Below are positions 41,014 through 51,861 of a stretch of 64,000 bases of DNA, one piece after another. The stretch is from an uncultured Planctomycetota bacterium (GTDB lineage Bacteria > Planctomycetota > PLA2 > JAEUHO01): assembly GCA_963752285.1 (NCBI GenBank), contig CAVVXN010000001.1, positions 480,001-544,000 on the forward strand. Reading direction: 5' to 3'. A program made the position numbers and the translations under genes. Every line of letters begins with the position of its first letter. Positions within the stretch are counted from its first letter, which is position 1. Under the pieces are notes generated by a model, which saw only the letters and a list, made by a program, of their open reading frames with translations, made no database searches and was not told the origin of the DNA.

Positions 41014-43077
41014 TCACGTGAAGTAGTCGAAGTCCCGCTCGGTGCGCGTCTTGCGTCGGAGTCGGAAGACGTGCGCCGGCATCTCGTGCGGATCGAGGCG
41101 CACGTAGTTCCGGGCGCCCGTCCACAGGTAGCGCCCGCCGCCGACGAGGTCGTGCATCTGGTACGTCTCGCGTTCGCCGAGACCGAGGTCCGCGACCGGG
41201 ACGTCGATCCAGCCGTCGTGCACGTGGTGCGGGTCCAGGTTCGCGACCACGAGGACCACGTTCGAGCGGTCGGACGTGAACCGCGAGTAGAAGATCAACT
41301 GCTCGTTGTCCACCTCGTGGAAGGCCACGCCGCGGCCGGACCAAAGCGCGGGGTTCTCCCGCCGGACCTGGTTCACACGCCGGATCAGGTCGCGGAGGTT
41401 TCCCGGTGTTCCCCAGTCCCGGCGTCGGATCTGGTACTTCTCCGAGTCGCGGTACTCCTCGGTGCCCGGGACCGCGTCGTTCTCGCAGACCTCGAACCCG
41501 CTGTACACGCCGTAGCTCGGCGAGAGGGTCGCGGCGAGCACCAGACGGACCTGGAACGCCGCGCGCCCGCCGATCTGCAGGTACTCGGGCAGGATGTCGG
41601 GCGTGTTCGCGAAGAAGTTCGGCCGGAAGAACTCCGCCGTCTCGCCGCAGGCGAGGCTCGTCACGTACTCGGCGAGCTCGCGCTTCCCGTTCCGCCACGT
41701 GAAATACGTGTAGGACTGGTCGAAGCCGACCTTCGCCAGGGCGTGCATCATCTTGGGGCGGGTGAACGCCTCCGCCAGGAACACGACCTCGCGATGGACG
41801 CGCTTCACCTCCCCGATCATCCAGCCCCAGAACGGGATCGGCTTCGTGTGCGGGTTGTCCACGCGAAAGACGCGGACGCCGCGCGCCGCCCAGAAGAGCG
41901 CCACGTCCCGGAGCGCTTCCCAAAGGCCGTGCCAATCCTCGCACGCGAAGTCGAGCGGGTAGATGTCCTGGTACTGCTTGGGCGGGTTCTCGGCGTGCTT
42001 GACGGTCCCGTCCGGGCGGTGCCGGAACCAGCCGGGGTGCTCCTGCACCCAGGGGTGGTCGGGCGAGCACTGGAACGCGAGGTCGAGCGCGAGCTCGAGC
42101 CCGGCCGCGCGTACCGCGTCGTGGAAGCGGTCGAAGTCGTCGAGCGTGCCGAGGTCCGGGTGGACGGCCGTGTGACCGCCCTCCGCGGCCCCGATGGCCC
42201 ACGGGCTCCCCGGGTCCCCGGGGCCGGCGGCGAGCGCGTTGTTCGGGCCCTTGCGGTGGCTCCTTCCGATCGGATGGATCGGAGGGAGGTACAGCACGTC
42301 GAAGCCCATGCCCGCCACGTCCGGGATGTGCGCCGCGGCGTCCGCGAAGGACGCGCCTCGCGTCGGATCTCCGCCCGCCGAGCGCGGGAACATCTCGTAC
42401 CAGGCTCCGTACGCCGCGCGCTCGCGGTTCACGTCCACGACGAGCTCCGGCGCCCACGTCGTCGAGCGGGCGCGGTCGGGCCAGCGGTCCATCACCTCGG
42501 CGAGCGCCGCCGCGGACGCGCGGCCGACGCGCTCCTTCGGCGGCGTTTGCGCCTCGAGCTCCGACGCGAAGCCGCACAGCGCGTCCCGGTCGGCGCCCGT
42601 CGCGCGGTCCGCGGCCTCGCGGACGATCGCCGCGCCCTCGAGGAGGTCGCTCTCGACGTCCTGCCCCGCGTCCCACTTCTTCGCGAGCGCCTCGCGCCAG
42701 CCGGCGAACCGGTCGATCCAGGCCTCCACCGTGTACCGGTGGGGCTCGAGCCGCTCGACGACGAAGCGGCCGCGCCACCGGTCGTTCCCCTGGTTCGTCA
42801 TCGGCGCCTCGCGCCACGCGTCGTCCGACGCGGCGCGGTGCCGGACGACCGCCCGGAGCGTCTCGTGCCCGTCCGAGAGGACGTCCGCCGAGACGACGAC
42901 GTCCTCGCCGACCACGCGCTTCACCGGGTACCGTCCGTCCTCGACCCTCGGCTCCACTCCGGCGACCCAGACGCGTCGTACGGCGTCGCCCGGCGGCGGG
43001 CCGCCGCCCGGCCCGCGGCTCGAATCGCGCTCCATCGCGCGCTTCGGGGCGCGTTCGGGGACCGGGGCCGCGCTCAC
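41014..43077 (-). CDS. glgE: Alpha-1,4-glucan:maltose-1-phosphate maltosyltransferase
   Basis: GTG 43077 with [71 protein letters not shown]. Confidence 0.95.
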   Translation of the reverse strand: MSAAPVPERAPKRAMERDSSRGPGGGPPPGDAVRRVWVAGVEPRVEDGRYPVKRVVGEDVVVSADVLSDGHETLRAVVRHRAASDDAWREAPMTNQGNDRWRGRFVVERLEPHRYTVEAWIDRFAGWREALAKKWDAGQDVESDLLEGAAIVREAADRATGADRDALCGFASELEAQTPPKERVGRASAAALAEVMDRWPDRARSTTWAPELVVDVNRERAAYGAWYEMFPRSAGGDPTRGASFADAAAHIPDVAGMGFDVLYLPPIHPIGRSHRKGPNNALAAGPGDPGSPWAIGAAEGGHTAVHPDLGTLDDFDRFHDAVRAAGLELALDLAFQCSPDHPWVQEHPGWFRHRPDGTVKHAENPPKQYQDIYPLDFACEDWHGLWEALRDVALFWAARGVRVFRVDNPHTKPIPFWGWMIGEVKRVHREVVFLAEAFTRPKMMHALAKVGFDQSYTYFTWRNGKRELAEYVTSLACGETAEFFRPNFFANTPDILPEYLQIGGRAAFQVRLVLAATLSPSYGVYSGFEVCENDAVPGTEEYRDSEKYQIRRRDWGTPGNLRDLIRRVNQVRRENPALWSGRGVAFHEVDNEQLIFYSRFTSDRSNVVLVVANLDPHHVHDGWIDVPVADLGLGERETYQMHDLVGGGRYLWTGARNYVRLDPHEMPAHVFRLRRKTRTERDFDYFT

Positions 43078-44298
43078 GACGACGCCCTCCGCCGCCGGGC
43101 GGCTTCCCCGTAGACCTCGATCACCTGCGCCGCCACGACGTCCCAGCCGAAACGCGCCCGGACGTGCCGCCGGCCCGCGCGGCCCATGGCGTCGCGTCGC
43201 GACGGGTCCGCCAGGAGCGCCGAGAGGGCCCGGGCCAGGGCGTCGTGGAACGCGGCGGGGTCGGCCGGCTCGCCGGACCCGTCCCCGGCGGGCTCGAAGC
43301 CGACGAGGATTCCCGTCTCGCCGTCCACCACGACGTCCGGGATGCCGCCCACCCGGCTCGCCACGACCGGCGTCTCGCACGCCATCGCCTCGAGGTTGAT
43401 CAGGCCGAACGGCTCGTAGACCGAGGGACAGCAGAAGACCGCGGCGTGGGCGTAGAGGGCGACCGCGTCCTCGCGCGACACGTGGCGGTCGATCCGGACC
43501 ACGCCGCGGCGCCGGCGCCCGAGCCGTCTTCATCCCCTCCTCCACCTCCCGCTCGACGGCCGGGGCGTCCGCGGCGGACGCGCAGACCACGACGCCCACC
43601 TCCGGCGGGAGGCGGTCGGCCGCGGCGAGGAAGTGGGTGATGCCCTTCTGGCGGCTGACACGGCCCAGGAACAGCACGTACGGGACGTCGGGGTCCACGC
43701 CGAGCGCGCGGACGCGCGCCGGCGCCGACACGGGACGGTAGGCCTCGGTGTCCACGCCGTTCGGGACGACGTGCGTGCGCTCGGAGCGCACGTCGTAGTG
43801 ACGGAGCATCTCGTCCCGGTCTCGCCGCGAGACGCAGATCACCGCGTCGGCGCGTTCCAGCGTGGTCCGCTCGACCCATCGGGACAGGTCGTAGCCGCGC
43901 CCGAGCCGCTCGCGCTTCCACGGCCGGAGCGGCTCGAGCGAGTGCACGGTCACCACCAGGGGCGTGCCCCAGCAGATCTGCGCGAGCGTCCCGCCGAAGT
44001 GGGCGTACCAGGTGTGGCAGTGCACGACGTCGGCCTCGATCGGCTCCGCGGCGAAGAGCAGGTCCGTGTAGAGCGCGCACAGCGCGTCGGCGGGACCGCC
44101 CGGGGCGGCGCCCGCGAAGGGACCGCGGTCGGGGTAGCCCCGCACGCGGAGCCGGGGCGCGGTCGCGTCCTGCTCGCCGAAGCAGCGCACCTCGACGTCG
44201 ATCGAGCGCGCGAGCTCGCGCGCGAGGAACTCGACGTGCACGCCGGCCCCGCCGTACACGTGGGGGGGGTACTCGCGGGTCATCAGGACGGCTTTCAC
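43074..44298 (-). pseudogene. glgA: GT4 glycogen synthase / alpha-maltose-1-phosphate synthase (GlgM-like) with a +1 frameshift near 43527-43530
   Basis: The N-half (MTREYPPHVYGGAGVHV, HSLEPLRPWK, GRVSRQKG) and C-half (CPSVYEPFGLINLEAMACETPVVAS) are in different frames. Removing one A from ATGAAGACGG restores M-R/K-RLGRRRRGVVRID. May be a sequencing error. Confidence 0.8.
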
Positions 44299-46439
44299 GC
44301 GTGCTCCGGCTGGCCCCGCGCGGGCCGGAATACGGCGACGCTCTGCGGGGCGAGGCGGTAGTGCTCGGCGCGGCGCCACAGGCGGCGGCGTTCGTCCGCG
44401 GCGCGCTCGATCGCGGTGTCGAGGAGGCGTTCCCAGCGGAGCACACGGTCGTACGCGGGCAGCCGGAAGACGCGTTCCCGCGGCGCGGCGGAGAGGAGAA
44501 GCAGCAGCGGGTCGCCCGACACGGGACGGCCGCGCGCATCGACCTCGTCGATCGCGGCCTCGGAGAAGACGACCGCGACGCTCCGGCACGACGGGTCGTG
44601 CCAGTCGGCCTGCGTCATCTCGCGTCCCGACGCGTGGTACCAGATCAGGTCGCGGGCCGCGCCCTGCTCGCGCGCCGCCTCGAAGAAGCGTCGCCGGTGC
44701 AGCACGGGCTGCTCGCGGCGCAGGGCGATCACGCGGCGGACGAAGTGGAGGAACCGCAGCCGCTCCTCGTCGAGACTCCAGTCGTGCCAGCTCGTCGGGT
44801 TGTCCTGGCAGTACGCGTTGTTGTTCCCGCCCTGCGACCGCCCGATCTCGTCGCCACCGGAGATCATCGGGACGCCGAGCGACATGAGGAGCGTGGTCAC
44901 GAGGTTGCGCATCTGCCGCCAGCGGAGCGCCGAGAGCGCGGGGTCGTCGGTCGGCCCCTCGGCGCCCCCGTTCGAGGAGAGGTTGTGGGACTCCCCGTCG
45001 CGGTTGTCCTCTCCGTTGGCCTCGTTGTGCTTGCGCTCGTACGAGACGAGGTCGCGGAGGGTGAACCCGTCGTGCGCAGTGACGAAGTTGATGCTCGCGA
45101 CCGGCCGCCGGCCGCTGTACTCGTACAGGTCGCTGCTCCCCGAGAGTCGCGTCGCGAGCTCGCCGAGCCGGCCCTCGTCGCCACGCCAGAAGCTGCGGAC
45201 CGCGTCGCGGTACTTGCCGTTCCACTCGGTCCAGTGCACGGGGAACCGTCCGACCTGGTACCCTCCCTCGCCGAGGTCCCAGGGTTCCGCGATGAGCTTC
45301 ACCTGCGAGATGACCGGGTCCTGGTGGATGATGTCGAAGAACGCGCCGAGGCGATCCACGTCGTACAGCTCGCGGGCCAACGCGCTCGCGAGGTCGAAGC
45401 GGAACCCGTCCACGTGCATCTCGGCGATCCAGTACCGGAGGCTGTCCATGATGAGCTGGAGGACCTGCGGCGACTGCATGTTGAGCGTGTTCCCGCAGCC
45501 CGTGAAGTCGAGGTAGCGGCGCCGGTCGCCGTCCACGAGGCGGTAGTACGCGACGTTGTCGATGCCGCGGAGCGACAGGGTCGGACCGAGGTGGTTGCCC
45601 TCGGCCGTGTGGTTGTAGACGACGTCGAGGATGACCTCGAGGCCGGCCGCGTGGAGTCGGCGCACCATGGTCTTGAACTCGCGCACCGCGTCGAGCGCCG
45701 CGCCGGCGGAGGCGTACCGCACGTCCGGCGCGAAGAACGCGAGCGGGTCGTAGCCCCAGTAGTTGGTGAGCCCGCGCTGGAGCAGGCGCCGGTCGTCCAC
45801 GTGGTGCTGGACCGGCATCAGCTCCACGGCCGTGACCCCGAGCTCGAGCAGGTGCCGAACGATCGGGTCGCTGGCGAGGCCCGCGTAGGTGCCCCGGAGC
45901 TCCGGAGGCACCTCGGGGTGGCGCATGGTGAGCCCGCGGACGTGCGTCTCGTAGATGACCGTCTCGTGCCAGGGCGTGTTCGGGCGCGCCTCCGCGCCCC
46001 ACGTGAACGCCGGGTCCACGACGGCGCAGAGCGGAGCGAACGGGGCGCTGTCGCGCTCGTCCTTCGCCAGGTCCTGCTCCGCCGAGCCGAGCGGGTACGC
46101 GTACATCGCGTCGTCCCAGCGCGTCTTCCGGTGGACGGCCTTCGCGTAGGGATCGGTGAGCAGCTTGCTCGCGTTGAACCGCGCGCCCACCCGGGGGTCG
46201 TAGGGACCGTGGACCCGGTAGCCGTAGAGCTGGCCGGGACGTGCGTCCGGCAGGTACCCGTGCCAGACGTGGTCGGTCCACTCGGGGAGCGCGATGCGGT
46301 GGCGCTCGCCGCGGTCTCCGATCTCGTCGAAGAGGCAGAGCTCGACGCGGTCCGCGTGCTCCGAGAAGAGCGAGAAATTGACGCCCATCCCGTCCCAGGT
46401 CGCACCGAGCGGATACGGCTTTCCGGGCCAGACGTGCAT
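44295..46439 (-). CDS. glgX: Glycogen debranching enzyme
   Basis: ATG 46439; PGKPYPLGATWDG, NYWGY, DVVYNHTAEGNH, DGFRFDLA, AEPWD, NFVTAHDGFTL, GNNNAYCQDN. Confidence 0.96.
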   Translation of the reverse strand: MHVWPGKPYPLGATWDGMGVNFSLFSEHADRVELCLFDEIGDRGERHRIALPEWTDHVWHGYLPDARPGQLYGYRVHGPYDPRVGARFNASKLLTDPYAKAVHRKTRWDDAMYAYPLGSAEQDLAKDERDSAPFAPLCAVVDPAFTWGAEARPNTPWHETVIYETHVRGLTMRHPEVPPELRGTYAGLASDPIVRHLLELGVTAVELMPVQHHVDDRRLLQRGLTNYWGYDPLAFFAPDVRYASAGAALDAVREFKTMVRRLHAAGLEVILDVVYNHTAEGNHLGPTLSLRGIDNVAYYRLVDGDRRRYLDFTGCGNTLNMQSPQVLQLIMDSLRYWIAEMHVDGFRFDLASALARELYDVDRLGAFFDIIHQDPVISQVKLIAEPWDLGEGGYQVGRFPVHWTEWNGKYRDAVRSFWRGDEGRLGELATRLSGSSDLYEYSGRRPVASINFVTAHDGFTLRDLVSYERKHNEANGEDNRDGESHNLSSNGGAEGPTDDPALSALRWRQMRNLVTTLLMSLGVPMISGGDEIGRSQGGNNNAYCQDNPTSWHDWSLDEERLRFLHFVRRVIALRREQPVLHRRRFFEAAREQGAARDLIWYHASGREMTQADWHDPSCRSVAVVFSEAAIDEVDARGRPVSGDPLLLLLSAAPRERVFRLPAYDRVLRWERLLDTAIERAADERRRLWRRAEHYRLAPQSVAVFRPARGQPEHA

Positions 46440-46582
46440 CGAGCAGCCGATCATACCGAGGCGGAAGAGCCCGACCAACCGGTCGGGTCGTGTTGGCGCG
46501 TGGTCCGACGCGCAGAGACGCGCGCTCGCGCGCGCGAGCGATCTACGTGCCGCCGGGACCGTCGTCCGGGCGGAACCTTCGA

Positions 46583-47731
46583 TCACGGCGGCGAATCGCT
46601 CCCGATCTTCACCGGAACCACGATCTCGCGTCGGCTCCGGACGACCTTCACCTGGACGACGTCACCCGGGGACTTGCCGTCGAGGACGTCGAAGAGGTCG
46701 GTCTGGCTCCGCACGCGGTGGCCGTCGATCGCCACGATGACGTCGCCGAGGATCAGCTCGCCCGTGCGCCGGTCGAGGCTCAGCCCGCGCAGGCCCGCGG
46801 CGGCCCCGGGGCCGCCCTCGTACACCTGGCGGACGAGCAGGCCGTCGATGCCGATCCCCCCCACCTGACCCGGCTCGAGCACCGAGACGCCGAGACCGGG
46901 GCTCTCCGGCTTCTCGCCCCGGATCAGCATCGGCACGATCCGGTTCACGGTGTCGATCGGCACGGCGAACCCCACGCCGGCGGACCCGCCCGAGGGGCTC
47001 ACGATCGCCGTGTTGACCCCGATGACGCGCCCCGCGCTGTCGAGCAGGGGACCGCCGGAGTTCCCGGGGTTGATCGCGGCGTCCGTCTGGATCACGTCGC
47101 GGATCAGGTGGTGCGTCTTGGAGCGGATCTCACGGCCGAGCCCGCTGATGATTCCCGAGGTCATGGTGTGGTCGAGGCCGAACGGGTTCCCGATCGCGAA
47201 CACGATCTGACCCACCTGGAGGTCCTTCGAGGTCCCGATCGCGACGGGCGGTAGCTTCGAGGGGTCGATGCCGTCCACCGCGAGTACCGCGAGGTCCTTG
47301 TCGGGCGCGGTGCCGACGAGGTCGGCGTGCGCCGTGGTCCCGTCGCCGAGCGTCACCGTGAACCGGTCGCCGCCGTTGACGACGTGGAAGTTCGTGACGA
47401 TGTAGCCCCGGTCGTCCCACACGAACCCCGAGGCCTCGCCCTGGGCGACCTCGGCCAGGTTGAAGTCCCAGTCGCGGACCAGGGCGAGGTTCCGGATGTG
47501 GACGACGGACGGGGCCACCCGGCGGTTGATGCGGATGCCGAGGTCCTCGACCGGTTGGAGGTCGGGCCGGGGGGTGACGGCCCGCGGGACGGCGTCGGGG
47601 TCGTGGAGGGCCGGCGGCGGCCGGAGCCACCGGTCCCAGACGAGGACGCCGACCGCGACCACGAGGATCACGGTCAAGAGGGGGAAGGCGGGGCGCGGGC
47701 GGCCGAAACGGGGGTCGTGAGCGAGGTCCAT
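46583..47731 (-). CDS. HtrA/DegP-like trypsin serine protease with one PDZ domain
   Basis: N-terminal TM; IVTNFHVV, DLAVL, QTDAAINPGNSGGPLL, C-terminal PDZ (GGPGAAAGL..GDVIVAIDG). Confidence 0.92.
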   Translation of the reverse strand: MDLAHDPRFGRPRPAFPLLTVILVVAVGVLVWDRWLRPPPALHDPDAVPRAVTPRPDLQPVEDLGIRINRRVAPSVVHIRNLALVRDWDFNLAEVAQGEASGFVWDDRGYIVTNFHVVNGGDRFTVTLGDGTTAHADLVGTAPDKDLAVLAVDGIDPSKLPPVAIGTSKDLQVGQIVFAIGNPFGLDHTMTSGIISGLGREIRSKTHHLIRDVIQTDAAINPGNSGGPLLDSAGRVIGVNTAIVSPSGGSAGVGFAVPIDTVNRIVPMLIRGEKPESPGLGVSVLEPGQVGGIGIDGLLVRQVYEGGPGAAAGLRGLSLDRRTGELILGDVIVAIDGHRVRSQTDLFDVLDGKSPGDVVQVKVVRSRREIVVPVKIGSDSPP

Positions 47732-47852
47732 CCCGTCCTTCTATCGCCTGGGGCGGGCGCACATCGGCTTCGGGCCGGGGCGGACTCGGGCTCAACGCGC
47801 GCGCCCGCCGGCCGACCCAAGGGGATGCCCCCTCGCGGGGACGGGATTCCCC

Positions 47853-49946
47853 ATGCCCCTGAAGCTCCTCCTCGGCCTCCTCGCGCTGCCGCCCCTCTGG
47901 TTCGGCGAGGTGCCCGTCGCGTCGCACCTCGAGCCCGGCACGCTCGCCGGCGTCGTCCACGTGACGGCCGGCCCGAGCAGCGGGAGCGCGTTCCTGCTCG
48001 CCTACGGAGACGGCCGGTACCTGGTGACGGCGCGACACGTGGTCTCCCCCGCCCTCGACGAGCCGGGGACCCCCCTCACGTTCCGCGTGGGCGGGCGGCG
48101 GGGCCGTCCGATCCGGGAGGTCGCCCTGCTCGCCGACGACGCGCGCACGGACGTGGCCGTGTTCACCTTCGCGGACGACCCGCAGGTCCCGTACTTCCCC
48201 GAAGGCGCGGGCCTCGTGCCCGAGAACGACCTGGAGCTCGCCACCTCGGTCTTCCTGATCGGGTACCCGGCGTCGCTCAAGCAGACGTACGGATCGTCCG
48301 AGCTCCGCGTCGTCGGCGGGTGGGTGGCGGGCCTCGAGAAGCGGGTCCCCGGCTCGACGGTCGAGTACGTGGACCTCGACATGCCCGCCGTCGAGCACGG
48401 CCACTCCGGCGGGCCCATCGTCCGGCTCCAGCAGCGCGTGGTCGCGATGGCCGTGCAGCGGCGCACGGGGAGCGTCAGTCCCACGATCGGGGCCACGTAC
48501 GCCGTGCCCATCAAGTACGTGACGTCCTTGATCGACGGGACGCCCGTGGACGAGGACCTGACCGACCTCGACGAGATGCTCCGCGACACGACGCTCGTCT
48601 GCGGGGTCTGCCTCGAGGGGAAGAACGACTACGACGTCTGGGCGCAACGGATCCACCGCGAGACGGGCGAGGCCCTGTGGGGCGACCAGGGCATCGCCGT
48701 CGCGTCGTCCCGCCTGTCCGAGGCGCGGTGCGTCTCCGTCCCGTCGCTGGCGGGCAGCGTCCTCGTGGTGCACACGATCGAACAGTCGGACGGGTCGGAC
48801 GCCGACGTCCTCGTGCAGCGCGTCTCCCGCTACGGCGAGCTCCTCTTCGAGGAGGGTCGCTCGAGCCTTCCGGTGGCGGGCACGGCGCGTCCCGAGCGCG
48901 CGCCCGACGCCGTCTCCGACGGCCTCGGCGGCGCCGTCGTCACGTGGGAGGTCGAGCTCCAGGGGGGCGACCGCGACGTGTACGCCCAGCGCATCGACCC
49001 GGACGGGGCGCCGCGCTGGGGGAAGGACGGCGTCGGCGTGGGCACGGCCGGCGTCCCCGAGACCGCGCCCTCGCTGGTGCCCGACGGCTCGGGCGGCGCC
49101 ATCGTCGTGTTCGAGCGCCACCTGCCCGGCGGCGACGTGGACGTCGTGGCGCAGCGGGTGGACGGGGACGGCCGCCTCGCCTGGCTCTCGGGGACGCGGT
49201 CCCTCGAGGTCGCCGCCTCGGCCCGGCGCGAGGAGCATCCCCGCGCGGTCCCCGACGGCGCGGGCGGGGCGATCGTCGTGTTCGACGCCGACGCGCCCGA
49301 CGGCGGCCGCGCGGTGTGCGCGCAGCGGGTCTCGGTGCACGGCGACCTCTTGTGGAACGGCGGGGCGCCGGTCCGGCTCTCGACCTGGCGCGCCACGGGC
49401 GCTCGCACCGCGGCCGACGTGGTCCCCGACGGTCGCGGGGGCGCCTTCGTCGCGTTCGAGGTCCTGACGAGCGACGACCCCGAGGACTCCGACGACGTGG
49501 ACCTCGCGGTGCAGCACGTGACCGAGTCGGGAGCGCTCGCGTGGGGCGACGCCGAGGACGGCGATCGCGCGGGCGTACTCGCGGCGAGCACCCGGTTCGC
49601 CGAGCGCGCCCCGAGGCTCGTGGCGGACGGCGAGGGCGGGGCGGTGGTCGCGTACGTGTCGGGCAGCGAGAACGGCGACCTCGACGTCTGGGCCCAGCGC
49701 GTCGGAGCGGACGGCGCGCTCCGCTGGTACGGCGGGCGGCGGTCCGCGGAGGTGGCGCTCACGTTCCTCTCGGAGCACACGATCTCGCTCGTCGAACGCA
49801 GCCGGGACCGCGTGATCCTCTGCTTCGAGATCGACCGCGAGGACGGCCGTCCCAGCGTGGGCTGCCAGGCGCTCGACCTCGACACGGGGCGAGCGCTCTA
49901 CGGCGGGGGGAAGCTGCCGGTCCTGGTGGTGGAACCGGCGGACTAG
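47853..49946 (+). CDS. Secreted trypsin-like protease fused to about 7 beta-propeller-like repeats
   Basis: VTARHVV / DVAV / GHSGGP triad; C-terminal ~60-aa repeats with PDG.GGA.V.F/W and D..AQR[IV]...G...W. Confidence 0.75.
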   Translation: MPLKLLLGLLALPPLWFGEVPVASHLEPGTLAGVVHVTAGPSSGSAFLLAYGDGRYLVTARHVVSPALDEPGTPLTFRVGGRRGRPIREVALLADDARTDVAVFTFADDPQVPYFPEGAGLVPENDLELATSVFLIGYPASLKQTYGSSELRVVGGWVAGLEKRVPGSTVEYVDLDMPAVEHGHSGGPIVRLQQRVVAMAVQRRTGSVSPTIGATYAVPIKYVTSLIDGTPVDEDLTDLDEMLRDTTLVCGVCLEGKNDYDVWAQRIHRETGEALWGDQGIAVASSRLSEARCVSVPSLAGSVLVVHTIEQSDGSDADVLVQRVSRYGELLFEEGRSSLPVAGTARPERAPDAVSDGLGGAVVTWEVELQGGDRDVYAQRIDPDGAPRWGKDGVGVGTAGVPETAPSLVPDGSGGAIVVFERHLPGGDVDVVAQRVDGDGRLAWLSGTRSLEVAASARREEHPRAVPDGAGGAIVVFDADAPDGGRAVCAQRVSVHGDLLWNGGAPVRLSTWRATGARTAADVVPDGRGGAFVAFEVLTSDDPEDSDDVDLAVQHVTESGALAWGDAEDGDRAGVLAASTRFAERAPRLVADGEGGAVVAYVSGSENGDLDVWAQRVGADGALRWYGGRRSAEVALTFLSEHTISLVERSRDRVILCFEIDREDGRPSVGCQALDLDTGRALYGGGKLPVLVVEPAD

Positions 49947-49956
49947 CCGACCCGGC

Positions 49957-51861
49957 TCAGCGCGGCCGGGCGGCGATCCGGGCGGCGGCGTCCACGCGGA
50001 CGTACTCGAACCAGCGCGGACACAGCTCGTTTCCGCGGAAGTTGTGGACCCAGGCGTGGACGGCGTCGAGCTCGAGCCGACGGAACTCGAGCCGCCACGG
50101 GCAGTCCTGCGCGAGGATCTCCTGCATCTCGCGGTAGAGCTTCGTCCGCTCGTCGCCCGGGGGGAGCGAGCGGGCGGCCTCGAAGGCCTCGTCGTACTCC
50201 GGGTTCTGGTACCCGCCGGCCAGCGCGTCGGGATGTCCCGGCGCGTAGAAGAGGTCGAGGAACGCGCGGGCGTCCGGGTAGTCGGCCTCCCACGAGGCGC
50301 GCCACGTCCGCGCCGCGCCGGACTGGATCCGGCGGGCCATCTCGGGCCAGGTCACGTAGACCGGAGCGAGCGAGAGACCGATCGACTTCGCCGCCTCCCC
50401 GAGGCGGCGGAACGCCTCGCGCGTGCCGGGGTGGTCGAGGACGTCCATCTCGATCGGGCCCGGGCCACCGTCCGCGAGGACGCCCGCCTCCGCGAGCACC
50501 TCGCGGGCGGCGCCGAGCGCCTGGTCCATCGACTCGTCGGCCTGCCGGATCCAGGGGGCCATGAACGTCGGGTCCGACTCGGGGAACTCGTCGAGCAGGA
50601 TCCCCTCCACCGGCAGGGCGGCGCCGCGGTACAGGTCGTGGATCGCCCACGCCGCGTCGTCCGCGAGCGAGAGCGCGCGCCGGAGCGCGGTGCCCTTCTC
50701 GCCGGCGGGGCGCCCGAGCACCGGGTCGGACATGCGGTACGCGAGGTAGAAGATCTCGAGGCGGGGGCGCGCCTCGAGACCGATCCCCCGCTCCGCGAGG
50801 CCGGGCCGGAGCGACCGCGTCGTCGGGTCGATCGTCGCGGGCACCTCGGCGGGCGGGACGGTCGCCACGTCACAGCGGCCCGCGAGGAACGCGGCCCACG
50901 CCTGCTTCGGGTCGGTCACGAACGTGATCGCGACGCGCGGCGAGAGCGGAAGCCGTCGGCCGGCGTCCGCGAGGTACCCCGCCTCGGCGTCGCCGCGGCG
51001 GCCCCGGGCCGGATACGTGCGCTCGCGGTACGTCTCGCTCGCGCCGAGCACGAGGCTCCGCCCCGGCGAGAAGACCTCCACGACGTACGGGCCGGTCGTG
51101 ACCGCGTGCTCGCCGAAGCGTTCGCCGTACCGGCGCACGGCCTCGGGCGGGTAGATCGACGCGAGCGGCGAGGCCAGGAGCCAGCGGAGCTCGGGGCAGG
51201 GTCGCACGAGCGTGAGCCGGACCGTGTGGGCGTCCACCGCGGCGACGCCCGGCACCGCGGGATAGCCGGCGCCGGGCCCGTAGTCGGTCCGCCGCGGGTC
51301 GGGCGTCTGCCGGGCCGACGCCTCCAGGAACGCGTCCGCGCCGGTCACCCGTCCCCCGAAGAGGTAGCGACCGTTCGTTCCGACCCGCGCGTCGAGCAGT
51401 CGCAGGAGCGAGAAGACGACGTCGTTCGCCACGAGCGCGCGCGTGCGCGACGCGCCGAAGCACGGGTCGGGCGCGTAGCGGACGCCCTCGCGGAGGCGGA
51501 TCGTCCAGGTGAGGCCGTCCTTCGAGACCTCGGGCGGCGCGGCCGCGAGCGACGGCTCGAGTCGGTACGGGCGCGCGAGGTGGTCGTACGCGTAGAGACG
51601 GTCGTAGACGTTGGCGACGATCGTGCGCGCCATCGCGCCGGTCGCGGCCGCGGGGTCGAGGCTCGTCACGGCCTCCGCGAAGGTCAGGTCGAGCGTGCCG
51701 CTCGGCTCCGCGGCGCGCCCGGGCCGCAGGGGGCCGAGCAAGGCCGCCGCGGCGAGGAGCGGTGGGAGGGTCCATGCGAGGCGACGCCCGCGCCCGGCGC
51801 GACCCCGCGTGGGCGGGCGGGATGCGCCGCGCCGGGCGCGCGCCTCGCGGGGCGGGGTCAT
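49957..51861 (-). CDS. ABC transporter substrate-binding protein, family 5 (peptide/nickel)
   Basis: ATG 51861 (ATGA overlap); SLDPA, VSKDGLTWTIRLREGVRY, TGPY, LRRALSLA, W.ADYPD, YQNPEYD. Confidence 0.85.
   Translation of the reverse strand: MTPPREARARRGASRPPTRGRAGRGRRLAWTLPPLLAAAALLGPLRPGRAAEPSGTLDLTFAEAVTSLDPAAATGAMARTIVANVYDRLYAYDHLARPYRLEPSLAAAPPEVSKDGLTWTIRLREGVRYAPDPCFGASRTRALVANDVVFSLLRLLDARVGTNGRYLFGGRVTGADAFLEASARQTPDPRRTDYGPGAGYPAVPGVAAVDAHTVRLTLVRPCPELRWLLASPLASIYPPEAVRRYGERFGEHAVTTGPYVVEVFSPGRSLVLGASETYRERTYPARGRRGDAEAGYLADAGRRLPLSPRVAITFVTDPKQAWAAFLAGRCDVATVPPAEVPATIDPTTRSLRPGLAERGIGLEARPRLEIFYLAYRMSDPVLGRPAGEKGTALRRALSLADDAAWAIHDLYRGAALPVEGILLDEFPESDPTFMAPWIRQADESMDQALGAAREVLAEAGVLADGGPGPIEMDVLDHPGTREAFRRLGEAAKSIGLSLAPVYVTWPEMARRIQSGAARTWRASWEADYPDARAFLDLFYAPGHPDALAGGYQNPEYDEAFEAARSLPPGDERTKLYREMQEILAQDCPWRLEFRRLELDAVHAWVHNFRGNELCPRWFEYVRVDAAARIAARPR

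Noticed and set aside
41014..46281. 1755-aa ORF as a giant novel protein
   Set aside because: It is a composite of an off-frame shadow of glgX, the glgM N-half, frameshifted filler and glgE.
48600..49900. Repeats as a CRISPR array or DNA tandem repeat
   Set aside because: Repetition is at the protein level with divergent codons; no identical direct repeats with spacers and no cas genes were seen.
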